Positions 26,240 to 36,000 of a DNA stretch of 64,000 nucleotides are shown in pieces. The stretch is from Acidobacteriota bacterium (GTDB lineage Bacteria; Acidobacteriota; Thermoanaerobaculia; UBA5066; Gp7-AA6), in the NCBI GenBank assembly GCA_027307335.1, contig DAHUXD010000019.1, positions 6,712-70,711 of the forward strand, read 5' to 3'. A program made the translations under genes and the position numbers. Under the pieces are notes generated by a model, which ran no database searches, was not told where the DNA came from, and saw only the letters and a program-made list of their open reading frames with translations. Positions within the stretch are counted from its first letter, which is position 1. Each line of letters opens with the position of its first letter.

Positions 26240-26932
26240 CTATACCGGGATCGCCGCGCCGCGGATCAGGCGCGCGTCGTCGCCGCACAGAAAGAGGATG
26301 ACGCCCGCGATCTCCTCCGGCTTGGGCCACTTCGAGAAGTCCGCCTTCGGCATCGCGCGGCGGTTCGCCTCGGTGTCGATGATCGACGGCAGGACCGAGT
26401 TTGCGCGCACGTTCGTGCCCGCCAGGTCCGCCGCGAGCGAGTCGACGAGCGCGACCGCGGCCGCCTTGGAGACCGCGTACGCGGCGAGCCCGGCGCCGTG
26501 GTCGACGGCCGCGCGGGACGCGACGTTGACGATCGCGCCGCCCCCCCGCGCCAGCATCGCCGGCACGGCGGCGCGGCAGAGCACGAGGCCCGAGCGGAGG
26601 TTCAGGTCGAGCATCCGGTCGAACGTCTTCGCGTCCGTCTCCCAGAGCTTCGTGCCGCCCGCGAAGCCGCCCACGCAGTTGACGAGCGCGTCGAGGCGGC
26701 CGAGCTCGTTCACGAGGCGCCGCACCGCGGACTCGTCGGTGACATCGACGGCGTGGCCCGACAGGCGCCCGCGCGCCGCATCGCCGGCGGCGGCTTCGAG
26801 GGCGGCGTATTCGTCGGGGTTCCGGTACGTGACGGCGACCCGGGCGCCGGCCTCGAGGAAGGCGAGCGCCACCGCCTTTCCGAGCCCTCCGGTGCCGCCC
26901 GCGACGAGGACGACCTCGCCGGCTCGCGTCAT
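26240..26932 (-). CDS. SDR-family oxidoreductase
   Basis: GGTGGLGKA cofactor motif and the YAVSK catalytic motif. Confidence 0.75.
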   Translation of the reverse strand: MTRAGEVVLVAGGTGGLGKAVALAFLEAGARVAVTYRNPDEYAALEAAAGDAARGRLSGHAVDVTDESAVRRLVNELGRLDALVNCVGGFAGGTKLWETDAKTFDRMLDLNLRSGLVLCRAAVPAMLARGGGAIVNVASRAAVDHGAGLAAYAVSKAAAVALVDSLAADLAGTNVRANSVLPSIIDTEANRRAMPKADFSKWPKPEEIAGVILFLCGDDARLIRGAAIPV

Positions 26933-26997
26933 TTCAGCCCGCATCGTACAGCGGCTCCGGCGGTAGAGTGGCCTCCCACGCTCACGAGGAGGCCGTC

Positions 26998-27528
26998 ATG
27001 TCCGCCACGACTCCGACCGCGACCCGAACCGTTCCAAGTTTCCGGCAGCACCTGCTCGACACGGTCGAGCGCGAGGGCGTGAAGACCATGCGCGTCCTGC
27101 GCGCCTATCCGAGCGACCAGTGGGAGCTCCGGCCGCACGCGAAGTCCAAGACCGCGCGCGAGCTCGCCTTCGCGTTCGTGATGGAGCAGAAGGCGATGCA
27201 GACGATCATGACGACCGGCTTCGACTTCTCGAAGCCGCTGTCGTGGCCGGCCGCTCCGGACTCGGGCGACGCGGTGGTCGCCGCGCTCGAGGAGGCGCAG
27301 GCGAAGACCGCGGGGCTGCTGCGCGGCCTGAGCGACGAGGACCTCGCGAAGGGCACGCCGTTCATGGCCGGCCCGGGCAGGATCGGCGAGCTGCCCGTCT
27401 ACGAGATCCTCTGGAGCATGACCTTCGACCAGATCCACCACCGCGGGCAGTTTTCGATCTACCTGCGCATGGCCGGAGGAAAAGTGCCGTCGATCTACGG
27501 TCCGTCGGCCGACGAGCCCTGGCGGTAG
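26998..27528 (+). CDS. DinB/YfiT-family protein
   Basis: Four-helix-bundle family with His motifs. GAGGAGG RBS upstream of MSATTP. Confidence 0.6.
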   Translation: MSATTPTATRTVPSFRQHLLDTVEREGVKTMRVLRAYPSDQWELRPHAKSKTARELAFAFVMEQKAMQTIMTTGFDFSKPLSWPAAPDSGDAVVAALEEAQAKTAGLLRGLSDEDLAKGTPFMAGPGRIGELPVYEILWSMTFDQIHHRGQFSIYLRMAGGKVPSIYGPSADEPWR

Positions 27529-27588
27529 GCGTCCTCGGCGGCGAGCCGCCCCATCATCCCCGCCGCTCTCCCGGTGGGAGAGGGGAAA

Positions 27589-29763
27589 TCAGTGCGGGGG
27601 GCGCGTCGGCGTGGGCGCCGGCGCGCGCAGGAGCTGCTGGAGCATGTCGATGGCGCCGGAGGTCTTGCCGCCGCCGAGCGCGTCGCCGAGCGCCTTTCCC
27701 GCCGTCCCGCCGACCCGGTCGGCCGCCTCGCGGGCGAGGAGGCGCCGCCCGAGCTCGAGCACCAGGCTCTCGTCGACCGAGACGCTCGGGGAGGTCACGG
27801 GCCCGGTCGCGCGAAAAGGAATCGCGAGCGTCCCGGACGCGTCGGCGAGATAACGCCCGGCGTTTCCGAGGCTCTTCAGCACGGGCGCGCCGAGCACGAC
27901 GCGCCCCTCGTAGGAAATCGTCCGGTCGAGACCGATCGAGCCCTGCGCGGAGCCGGAGACGTCGGGTCCGCTCATCGTCACGTCCGGCGTCGCGAGCCGG
28001 CCGTCCGCGAGCTTCAACGACGTCTCGAGCTTCGTGAAGTGCGTGCGCTCGAGGCTTTCGGGGACCTGGAATCCCGCGACTCGGCCCACGGCGCCGAGCG
28101 CCCGCGAGACGGCCGGCATGAGCTCCACCGTCCGCAGCTCGGCGTCGGTGACCGCGAGGTGTCCGTCGCCGCGCCCCGTCTTCGAGATCGCGTCCCAGCC
28201 GAGGCCGCGGCTGACCAGCGCGAAGTTTCCGTTCAGCGTTCCCGAGAGGACGTTGCGCACCGCCGTCGTCGACTCGACGAGCGGCTGCGCCCGGATCCCG
28301 TGCAGCTCGAACGCGACGCGGGACTCGGCGCCGGGTTTTCCGAAGTCGCTCCGAAGATGCGCGTCGAGCGTGCCGCCGGAGACGCCGGCGGAGGACGCGA
28401 GCGTGAGAACTCCCTTGTCCCAGGTCCAGTCGGCGCGCAGATTTTCGAAGGGCAGCTGCCGGAGGCGTCCCGCCCCGGCGGAGATGCGCCCCGACAGAGG
28501 CGCCGCGCCCTTCGACTCGACCGTGGCGTGAACCGCCGGCGCCTCCAGCAGCGCCTGCCCCTCGCGGGTCACGCGGAGGGACGCCGCGTCCGCCGATCCG
28601 CTCACGTCGAGATCCGAGGCGGTGCCCTGGATCCGCGCCTCGAGGCGGACGCTGCCGGCGAGCTTCGTGCCCTCGGGGAAGCGGCCGGCGATGCCCGGCA
28701 GGCCCGTCACGTGGTCGAGCGGGACGTCGCCGGGCGTGCCGACCCGCAGGTCGACCTCGGGCGTCTCGTGAAAGCGATCGACGCGTCCCTCGATCTGGAT
28801 CGGCAGCTCGGCGACGTCGAAGAGCGAGCGGCCGATCGCGAGCGTTCCCTTCGCCGCGTCGAGCGTGAGCGTGACCGTCCCGTCCGCCGCGGGCATCCGC
28901 GCGCCCGACGCGCCCGAGGGATCGAGCGCGACCTTCCCCGCGATCGCGAGCGCGCCGAGGAGCTTGCCCTGGACGTTCCCCTCCAACGACAGGACGCCGG
29001 GGTCGTTCTCGCGGAACGCGGCCACCCACGGTGCGAGGCGCCCGAGCGCGACGGCCTTCGCCGAGAAGCGTGCATCGAGAGGCGCCTCGCCGACGGGCCC
29101 CGCGCCCGGCGGCGGACCGAGGGTTCCCTGCAGCGTCACGTTGCGCCCCTCGTCCGCGAGGAAGCGAGCGGCGACGTCGAAGCGCGCCGGCGTGCGCGCG
29201 CCGATGTCCCGCAGGTGCGCGGTGAGGTCGTCGAGAGAGAGCGTGTCGGCGCGGCCGGCCCGGTGGTCCACGAAGACCGCGCGGCCGCCTTCGAGATCGA
29301 TGCGAGAGACCAGCAGGACGGCGGCCGCCGTCTGCGATGCCGGCGGGCTCTCGCGCTGCCCCGCGGACACGAAGTCGCTCACGCTCAGCTTGCCGTCGGC
29401 GCCTCGCTCGACGGTCACGGTGACGCCGCGAAGCTCGAGGCGCCGCACCTCGACGCGCCGGGAGAGCAGCGGCCAGAACGCGACCTTGATCGAGGCGCGG
29501 TCCGCCGTCAGGAGCGGGGGCCCGGAAGGGTCGCGGCGGTCGTGCACCACGAGACGCTCGACGCCCGCGCCGAGGCCCGAGAGGATCTGGAGACGCATCG
29601 CGCCGATCTCGACCTTGCGGTGCAGCGAGGACTCCGCGGCGGCGACGACGCGCCCGCGCACGGAGTCGAGCGACACGAGATAGGGAAGCGCGAGGAGAAC
29701 CAGGAGGACGAGCGCCGCGATCGAGGCGGCGGCGATGGCGACGCGGCGGCCGGTGCGGGACAT
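27589..29763 (-). CDS. AsmA-family outer-membrane-assembly-like protein
   Basis: N-terminal signal anchor followed by a long beta-rich region with Gly/Ala-rich repeats typical of the AsmA family. Confidence 0.6.
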   Translation of the reverse strand: MSRTGRRVAIAAASIAALVLLVLLALPYLVSLDSVRGRVVAAAESSLHRKVEIGAMRLQILSGLGAGVERLVVHDRRDPSGPPLLTADRASIKVAFWPLLSRRVEVRRLELRGVTVTVERGADGKLSVSDFVSAGQRESPPASQTAAAVLLVSRIDLEGGRAVFVDHRAGRADTLSLDDLTAHLRDIGARTPARFDVAARFLADEGRNVTLQGTLGPPPGAGPVGEAPLDARFSAKAVALGRLAPWVAAFRENDPGVLSLEGNVQGKLLGALAIAGKVALDPSGASGARMPAADGTVTLTLDAAKGTLAIGRSLFDVAELPIQIEGRVDRFHETPEVDLRVGTPGDVPLDHVTGLPGIAGRFPEGTKLAGSVRLEARIQGTASDLDVSGSADAASLRVTREGQALLEAPAVHATVESKGAAPLSGRISAGAGRLRQLPFENLRADWTWDKGVLTLASSAGVSGGTLDAHLRSDFGKPGAESRVAFELHGIRAQPLVESTTAVRNVLSGTLNGNFALVSRGLGWDAISKTGRGDGHLAVTDAELRTVELMPAVSRALGAVGRVAGFQVPESLERTHFTKLETSLKLADGRLATPDVTMSGPDVSGSAQGSIGLDRTISYEGRVVLGAPVLKSLGNAGRYLADASGTLAIPFRATGPVTSPSVSVDESLVLELGRRLLAREAADRVGGTAGKALGDALGGGKTSGAIDMLQQLLRAPAPTPTRPPH

Positions 29764-29809
29764 GGTGGTCCGGGAGGCTGCAGGATCCGAGCCAGCCGGG
29801 GACCGCTCG

Positions 29810-30229
29810 TCAGTCATCGGAGCTCACGCCCTTACGGGACGCCTTCACGCGTCCGCGGCGCGTCTTGGATTCGAGGCGGCGCTCCCGCGCGGCGGTCGTG
29901 GGTCTCGTCTTCCGGCGCGGCCGCGGAACCACCGCCGCCCGGCGGACGAGCTCGGCGAGCCGCTCCCGCGCGGCCGCGCGGTTCTGCGCCTGCGTGCGGT
30001 GCGAGCGGCTGTCGATCAGAAGAACGCCCTGCTCGCTCACGCGCCGGCCGGCGAGACGCGCGAGTCGCCGCTTGACGTCCTCGGGCAGCGTCGACGCCCG
30101 GAGATCGAGGCGCAGCTCGACGGCCGTGGCGACCTTGTTGACGTTCTGGCCGCCCGGTCCCGACGCGCGCACGAAGCGCTCCTCGAGCTCCGCCTCCGGA
30201 ATCGCGAGCGCGGGCGAGACGGTCAGCAT
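29810..30229 (-). CDS. arfB: Peptidyl-tRNA hydrolase ArfB (alternative ribosome rescue factor B)
   Basis: GGQ motif (ASGPGGQNVNKV) and a basic C-terminal tail. Confidence 0.8.
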   Translation of the reverse strand: MLTVSPALAIPEAELEERFVRASGPGGQNVNKVATAVELRLDLRASTLPEDVKRRLARLAGRRVSEQGVLLIDSRSHRTQAQNRAAARERLAELVRRAAVVPRPRRKTRPTTAARERRLESKTRRGRVKASRKGVSSDD

Positions 30230-30365
30230 GCCGTGACGCCGACGAGCGCGAGCTTCCGGGCGGGCTCGGCCGCCCGGACGTCCGCGGCGGACGCGCCGGG
30301 AGCGAGGGCGAGAGCGGCGACTCGCATGCAGCGCATCCTATCGGGCTGTAGAGTCCGAAGGAATC

Positions 30366-31235
30366 ATGCCCGAAGGCAACACCATTCACTGGCTGGCGCG
30401 CGTGCACACGCGCGACTTCGCGGCACGCCGGGTGCGCGCCGACTCGCCGCAGGGCCGCTTCGCCCGCGAGGCGCGGCGGCTCGACGGCCGTCTCTTCGAA
30501 TCCGCGGAGGCCTACGGCAAGCACCTCTTCCACCACTGGAGCGGCGGACTCGTGGTCCACGTGCACCTCGGGATGGCAGGTTGGTTCTACCGGCACCCCG
30601 CCCCGGCGCCGCCGCCGCGGCCGACCGTCCGCCTGCGCCTGGCGACTCGAGACGTCGCGACGGACCTGATCGGGCCGCCGACGTGCGAGCTGATCCCGGA
30701 GTTCGCGCGCCGGAAGCTTCTCGCGCGTCTCGGCCCCGATCCGCTGCGTCGGGACTTCGACCCGGATCGCGCGCTCGCCGAGCTCGTCCGGCGGCCGCGC
30801 CGCACGATCGGCGACGCCCTCCTCGATCAGCGCGTCCTCGCCGGTGTCGGCAACATCTATCGCGCCGAGGCGCTGTTCCTGACCGGCATCCACCCGAAGC
30901 GGGCGTCCGGGAACGTCTCGGCGGAGGAGTGGGAACGCCTCTGGAAGACGGTGCGCGCGCTCATGCGGCGCGGCGCCGTGCGCGGCCGCATCCGGACGAT
31001 CGAACCGGACGAGCCTCCGGCGCATCCGCTCGCGGGGCGCGCACCCGCGGATGCCTTTTACGTTTACCAGCAGGCGATCTGTCGGCGCTGTGCCTCGCCG
31101 CTCGAGGAGTTCCCGATGTCCGCGCGCCGGATGTTCGCGTGTCCCCGCTGCCAGCCCGAGCCGCGTCGCGGCTCGAAGCGCCGCGCGAAAGAGAAAAACG
31201 GCCGCGATCGGAAACGCCGCGCCGCCGCTCCCTGA
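30366..31235 (+). CDS. Fpg/Nei-family DNA glycosylase (formamidopyrimidine/endonuclease VIII-like)
   Basis: N-terminal MPEGNT catalytic Pro2/Glu3, an H2TH region, and a C-terminal zinc finger CRRC...CPRC. Confidence 0.75.
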   Translation: MPEGNTIHWLARVHTRDFAARRVRADSPQGRFAREARRLDGRLFESAEAYGKHLFHHWSGGLVVHVHLGMAGWFYRHPAPAPPPRPTVRLRLATRDVATDLIGPPTCELIPEFARRKLLARLGPDPLRRDFDPDRALAELVRRPRRTIGDALLDQRVLAGVGNIYRAEALFLTGIHPKRASGNVSAEEWERLWKTVRALMRRGAVRGRIRTIEPDEPPAHPLAGRAPADAFYVYQQAICRRCASPLEEFPMSARRMFACPRCQPEPRRGSKRRAKEKNGRDRKRRAAAP

Positions 31236-31533
31236 CGCCGTTCTCCTTCGGGAGCGGTGAACGCCGGAAACGACAAAAACGGTGCGCGGCACGTCGTCGC
31301 CGTCGCGGCCAGGGAGCTCGAATCGTCGCAACCGGCATGCCACCAGGGACGACGGTGGGTGGCGCGCGCGTTCGCTCGTGACGTTGTGCGGCGCGGGTCG
31401 ATCCGGGTCGTCACGCCGGCGAGGGATACGAAATGAGAGACGACGCGCCGACCCGCCACCGAGAGCCTCCGAAGAGAAGCGAAACGGCTGCGGCCCCGCG
31501 GTGTCCGGGGGGCCGCATCCGTTGCGCTCGAAG

Positions 31534-32298
31534 TCACGCCCTGCGGCGGATCAGGTAAGAACCGAGGAGCAGCGCTCCGCCCGCGAGGAGCAGAGCACCG
31601 TCGTTGGAGGCGGTCGCGGGCATTCTCGGCCGCGTGCGATTCTCCGCGGTCGACAAGCTGCTCGGGGTCGACGGGGAGGTATTGCGATCGGAGGAGGCCT
31701 GCGGCGAGGAATACGTGCTGCCGGAGCTCGAGCTCGTCGGACCCGCGATCGAGCTGTCGCTTCCCGTCGTCTTCGCCATGCTCGACGAGGTCCCGTAGCT
31801 CGAGGCATTGCCGTTCGAGTCGTTCGTCTGCGTGTAGGCGCTGGACTGAGGCGGCGTCGTGCCGCCCGAGTTCGCGCCCTCGACCACCGAACCCGAGCTC
31901 GTGAAGTTGAGCTCCTTCTTGTCGATGATCTCGTTCGACTTGTTCTTGGCGACGAGCGCGAGCTTGTGCGGCCCCGCCGAAACGTTGTCGATCTCGATGA
32001 CGTTCTCCGCATCCTTCATCGTGCCGCGGCGCGTGCCGTCGAGCCAAACGTCGACCAGAGGGCGGGGCATCTTGTTCGGCCCCAGCGTCTGGCCGCCGAC
32101 CTGCTCGGGGACCGTCGTGTCGACGACCACGCGGACGGTCGAACCGGTGATCGCCGCGCCGTCGCTCGGTTCGATCACCTTCAGCCGATAGTCGTTCTTG
32201 GTCGGACCCGCGGTGTTCTCGTCCGCGTTCTGGCCGAGAGCGACAGCCGCGAAGGTACTGACGGCCAGCACCGCGATGGCGAGTCTGGTTCGAGTCAT
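31534..32298 (-). CDS. Secreted sortase-substrate paralog with an MPATAS sorting signal
   Basis: Its N-terminal domain is homologous to that of 20391-20999 (NDYRLK...GPHKL). It then has a Ser/Thr-rich linker and RMPATASNDG followed by a hydrophobic helix and RRRA. GGAGG RBS upstream. Confidence 0.6.
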   Translation of the reverse strand: MTRTRLAIAVLAVSTFAAVALGQNADENTAGPTKNDYRLKVIEPSDGAAITGSTVRVVVDTTVPEQVGGQTLGPNKMPRPLVDVWLDGTRRGTMKDAENVIEIDNVSAGPHKLALVAKNKSNEIIDKKELNFTSSGSVVEGANSGGTTPPQSSAYTQTNDSNGNASSYGTSSSMAKTTGSDSSIAGPTSSSSGSTYSSPQASSDRNTSPSTPSSLSTAENRTRPRMPATASNDGALLLAGGALLLGSYLIRRRA

Positions 32299-32475
32299 AA
32301 ATTCCCTCCTCGGGTAAGGTCGTTCGGCCCTGTTGCCGAACATATCGATGACGTTGCAAGGAAGGTGCCGCGAAAATGCTCTCTGCGCTCTTTGTGCGCG
32401 CGCGGCACGCTTCCTGCAAAGGCGCGGCATCGGGCAATAGAGCCCGCCCAGCCGATTCCACAAAGGAGAAGCCCG

Positions 32476-32727
32476 ATGGAGAACATCGAGGATCGGACCG
32501 AGGAGTTGCCGACCCGTCCCGGCTCGAGCGAGCCGACGACCGACGATGACGATCCGACCGTCCCGGGCGCGCGCACCGAGCCGCGACGCGGCGGCCAGGA
32601 GCCGGTGCAGGAATATCCCGGCGAGGGCGTGCGGTCGCACTATCCGACCGATCCCGTGACGGGCCGCGATGGAGAGGCGTCGGGCCGACTCGGCTCGGAC
32701 GAGTCCGCCGGCGACGAGGGAGTCTGA
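32476..32727 (+). CDS. Small highly acidic, predicted disordered protein
   Basis: AAAGGAG RBS. 83 aa rich in D, E and P (TTDDDDPTVP...DESAGDEGV). Confidence 0.45.
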   Translation: MENIEDRTEELPTRPGSSEPTTDDDDPTVPGARTEPRRGGQEPVQEYPGEGVRSHYPTDPVTGRDGEASGRLGSDESAGDEGV

Positions 32728-32752
32728 GGCTTTTTCTTTTCCAGGAGGAACC

Positions 32753-32995
32753 CTGATGAGGTCGATCCGTAGGCTGATCTCGTTGATCGCTTTCCTGCTT
32801 CTCGCGGTCGCGCTGGCGAGCGGATGCCAGAAGCGGGAGACGACCACGACCGAAACGACGACCACGACGTCCATGTCGACGACGCCGGCCGGGGGCGCGT
32901 TGGACACGACGCCCTCGATGGCGACGACGCCATCCGAGAGCATGTCGACGTCGACCTCTTCGTTGCCCGAGACCACGCCGACCCGCGTTCCCTGA
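32753..32995 (+). CDS. Thr/Ser-rich lipoprotein
   Basis: AGGAGG RBS and a lipobox (LAVALASGC). Confidence 0.5.
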   Translation: MMRSIRRLISLIAFLLLAVALASGCQKRETTTTETTTTTSMSTTPAGGALDTTPSMATTPSESMSTSTSSLPETTPTRVP

Positions 32996-33059
32996 CGCAC
33001 CGCCGCCGGCCGATCGGCGGCGGCCGCCGGCCGGGTCCTGCGCCTCATAGGATGGAGGC

Positions 33060-36000
33060 GTGAGCCGGGATCCGCTCCAGAGCTTCCATGAGGCCGTCCG
33101 CGAGTGGTTCGCGGAGACCTTCGCCGCGGCGACGCTCGCGCAGGCGAAGGGCTGGCCCCCGATCCGCCGCGGGGAGTCGACGCTCCTCCTCGCTCCCACC
33201 GGCTCCGGCAAGACGCTGGCGGCATTTCTGGCCGCGATCGACCGCCTCATGTTCACGCCTGAGCCCGAGCGCGCGGCGCGCTGCCGCGTCGTCTACGTCT
33301 CGCCGCTCAAGGCGCTCGCCGTCGACGTCGAGCGGAATCTCCGCGGCCCGATCGCGGGCATCGCGGCCGTCGCGGCGCGCCGCGGGCTGCCGCATCGGGT
33401 GCCGTCCGTCGCGATGCGCACGGGCGATACGCCCGCCTCCGAGCGCGCGCGCCTGGTCCGCGTGCCGCCGGACATCCTGATCACGACTCCGGAGTCGCTG
33501 TATCTCCTCCTGACGTCCCGCGCCCGGACGACGCTCGCCGGAGTCGAGACGGTGATCGTCGACGAGATCCACTCGGTCGCCGGCAGCAAGCGCGGCGCCC
33601 ACCTCTTCCTCTCGCTCGAGCGCCTCGAGGAGGCGCGGCGCGCCGACGGTCCGGGCCCGCTGCAGCGCATCGGCCTCTCCGCGACGCAGCGCCCCCTCGA
33701 GGAGATCGCGCGCCTGCTCGGCGGGGGCCGCGTCGTGGGGCGCCGCGGCGCGTGGAAGCCGCGTCCGGTCACGATCGTCGACACGCGCGTCCGCAAGGCC
33801 TTCGATCTGCGCGTCGAGGTGCCGGTCGAGGACATGGCCCGGCCGGGCGGCGCGGGCGAGCCGGCGTCCGGCGAGAGGCCCTCGCCGGAGTCGATCTGGC
33901 CGTCGATCTATCCGCGCCTCGTGGAGCTCGTGCGCGCGCACCGCTCGACCATGATTTTCGCGAACAGCCGGCGCCTCGCGGAGCGGCTCGCCGCCGCGAT
34001 CAACGAGACGGCGGGCGAAGAGCTCGCGCTCGCGCACCACGGCTCGGTCGCGCGCGAGCAGCGGCAGGAGATCGAGGAGCGGCTGAAGCGCGGCACGCTG
34101 CCGGCGATCGTCGCCACCTCCTCGCTCGAGCTCGGCATCGACATGGGCGCCGTCGATCTCGTCGTGCAGATCGAGGCGCCGCCGTCCGTCGCATCGGGGG
34201 TGCAGCGGATCGGTCGCGCGGGACACTCGGTCGGCGAGGTGTCGCGCGGCATCGTGTTCCCCAAGTACCGCGGCGACCTCGTGGCGGCGGCCGCCGCGAC
34301 CGCCCGCATGAAAGAGGGACTCGTCGAGGAGACGTTCTATCCGCGCCACCCGCTCGACGTTCTCGCGCAGCAGATCGTTGCGATCGCGTCGGAGGGCGAG
34401 CGGGACGTCGAGTCGCTCTACCATCTCGTGCGCGGAGCGGCGCCCTACGCGGACCTGCCGCGGAACGCCTTCGAGGGCGTCCTCGACATGCTGTCCGGCC
34501 GCTATCCCTCCGACGAGTTCGCGGAGCTCCGGCCCCGCGTGACGTGGGACCGCGCCTCCGGACGGATCCGCGCGCGGGAGGGCGCGCAGCGGATCGCCCT
34601 CGTCAACGCCGGCACGATTCCCGACCGCGGCCTCTACGGCGTGTTCCTCGCCGCCGAGGAGGGCCGCCGCAGCCGACGCGTGGGCGAGCTCGACGAGGAG
34701 ATGGTCTTCGAGTCCTCGCCGGGCGACGTGTTCGTGCTCGGCGCGTCGTCGTGGCGCATCGACGAGATCTCGCACGACCGCGTGCTCGTCTCTCCGGCGC
34801 CGGGCGTGCCCGGCAAGACGCCGTTCTGGCACGGGGACCGGCCGGGCCGCCCGACCGAGTTCGGGCGCGCGATCGGAGCGCTGACGCGGCGACTCGCCGC
34901 GGCGCCCGCGCCCGAGGCGATGCGCCGCCTGCGCGAGGAGCACGGCCTCGACGAGCGGGCGGCGGCCAACTTGGTCGCGTACCTGGCCGAGCAGGTGCGC
35001 GCGACGGGCGAGGTGCCGAGCGACCGCACCCTCGTCGTCGAGCGGTACATGGACGAGATCGGCGACTGGCGCGTCTGCCTCCTCTCGCCCTGGGGGGCGC
35101 GCGTGCACGCGCCGTGGGCGACCGCGATCCTCGCCCGGCTGCGCGAGCGCACCGGCGCGGACGTCGAGGCGCTCTGGTCCGACGACGGCATGGTCTTCCG
35201 CCTGCCGGAGTCGAGCGAGCCGCCCGAGGTCTCGCTCTTCCTGCCCGCGGGCGCGGAGATCGAAGACCTCGTCGTGCGGAGCCTCGGCGAGACGTCCCTC
35301 TTCGCCGCGCGCTTCCGTGAGAACGCGGCCCGCGCGCTGCTGCTGCCGCGGCGCCACCCCGGGCGGCGCAGTCCGCTCTGGGCCCAGCGCAAGCGCGCCG
35401 CCGATCTCCTCGCCGTGGCGTCGCGATACGGGTCGTTCCCGATCCTGCTCGAGACCTACCGCGAGTGCCTGCGCGACGTGTTCGACCTGCCGGCCGCCGT
35501 CGACGTCCTGAGGCGGATCGCCGCGAAGGAGATCCGGGTCCTGACGGTCGACGCCGCCCGGCCGTCCCCGTTCGCGGCCTCGCTCCTCTTCTCCTACGTC
35601 GCGAACTTCATCTACGACGGCGACGCCCCGCTCGCGGAGCGGCGCGCGCAGGCGCTGTCCGTGGACCAGGCGCAGCTGCGCGAGCTCCTCGGCGAGGAGG
35701 AGCTGCGCGAGCTCCTCGACCCCGACGCAATCGCCTCGCTCGAGCGCTCCCTGCAGCGGCTCGAGGGGCGCCGCGTGCGCCACGCCGACGGCGTCCACGA
35801 CCTGCTCCTCGCGCTGGGAGATCTGACGGCTGCCGAAGTCGCGGAGCGCAGCGATCCGCCGGAGGCGGCCGCCGGCTGGCTCGAGGGGCTGCGGACGGAG
35901 CGCCGCGTCTTCGCGGCCGAGATCGGCGGCTCGACGCGCTTCGCCGCGGCCGAGGACGCGGGCCGGCTGCGCGAGGCGCTCGGCGTGTCGCCGCCGTCCG

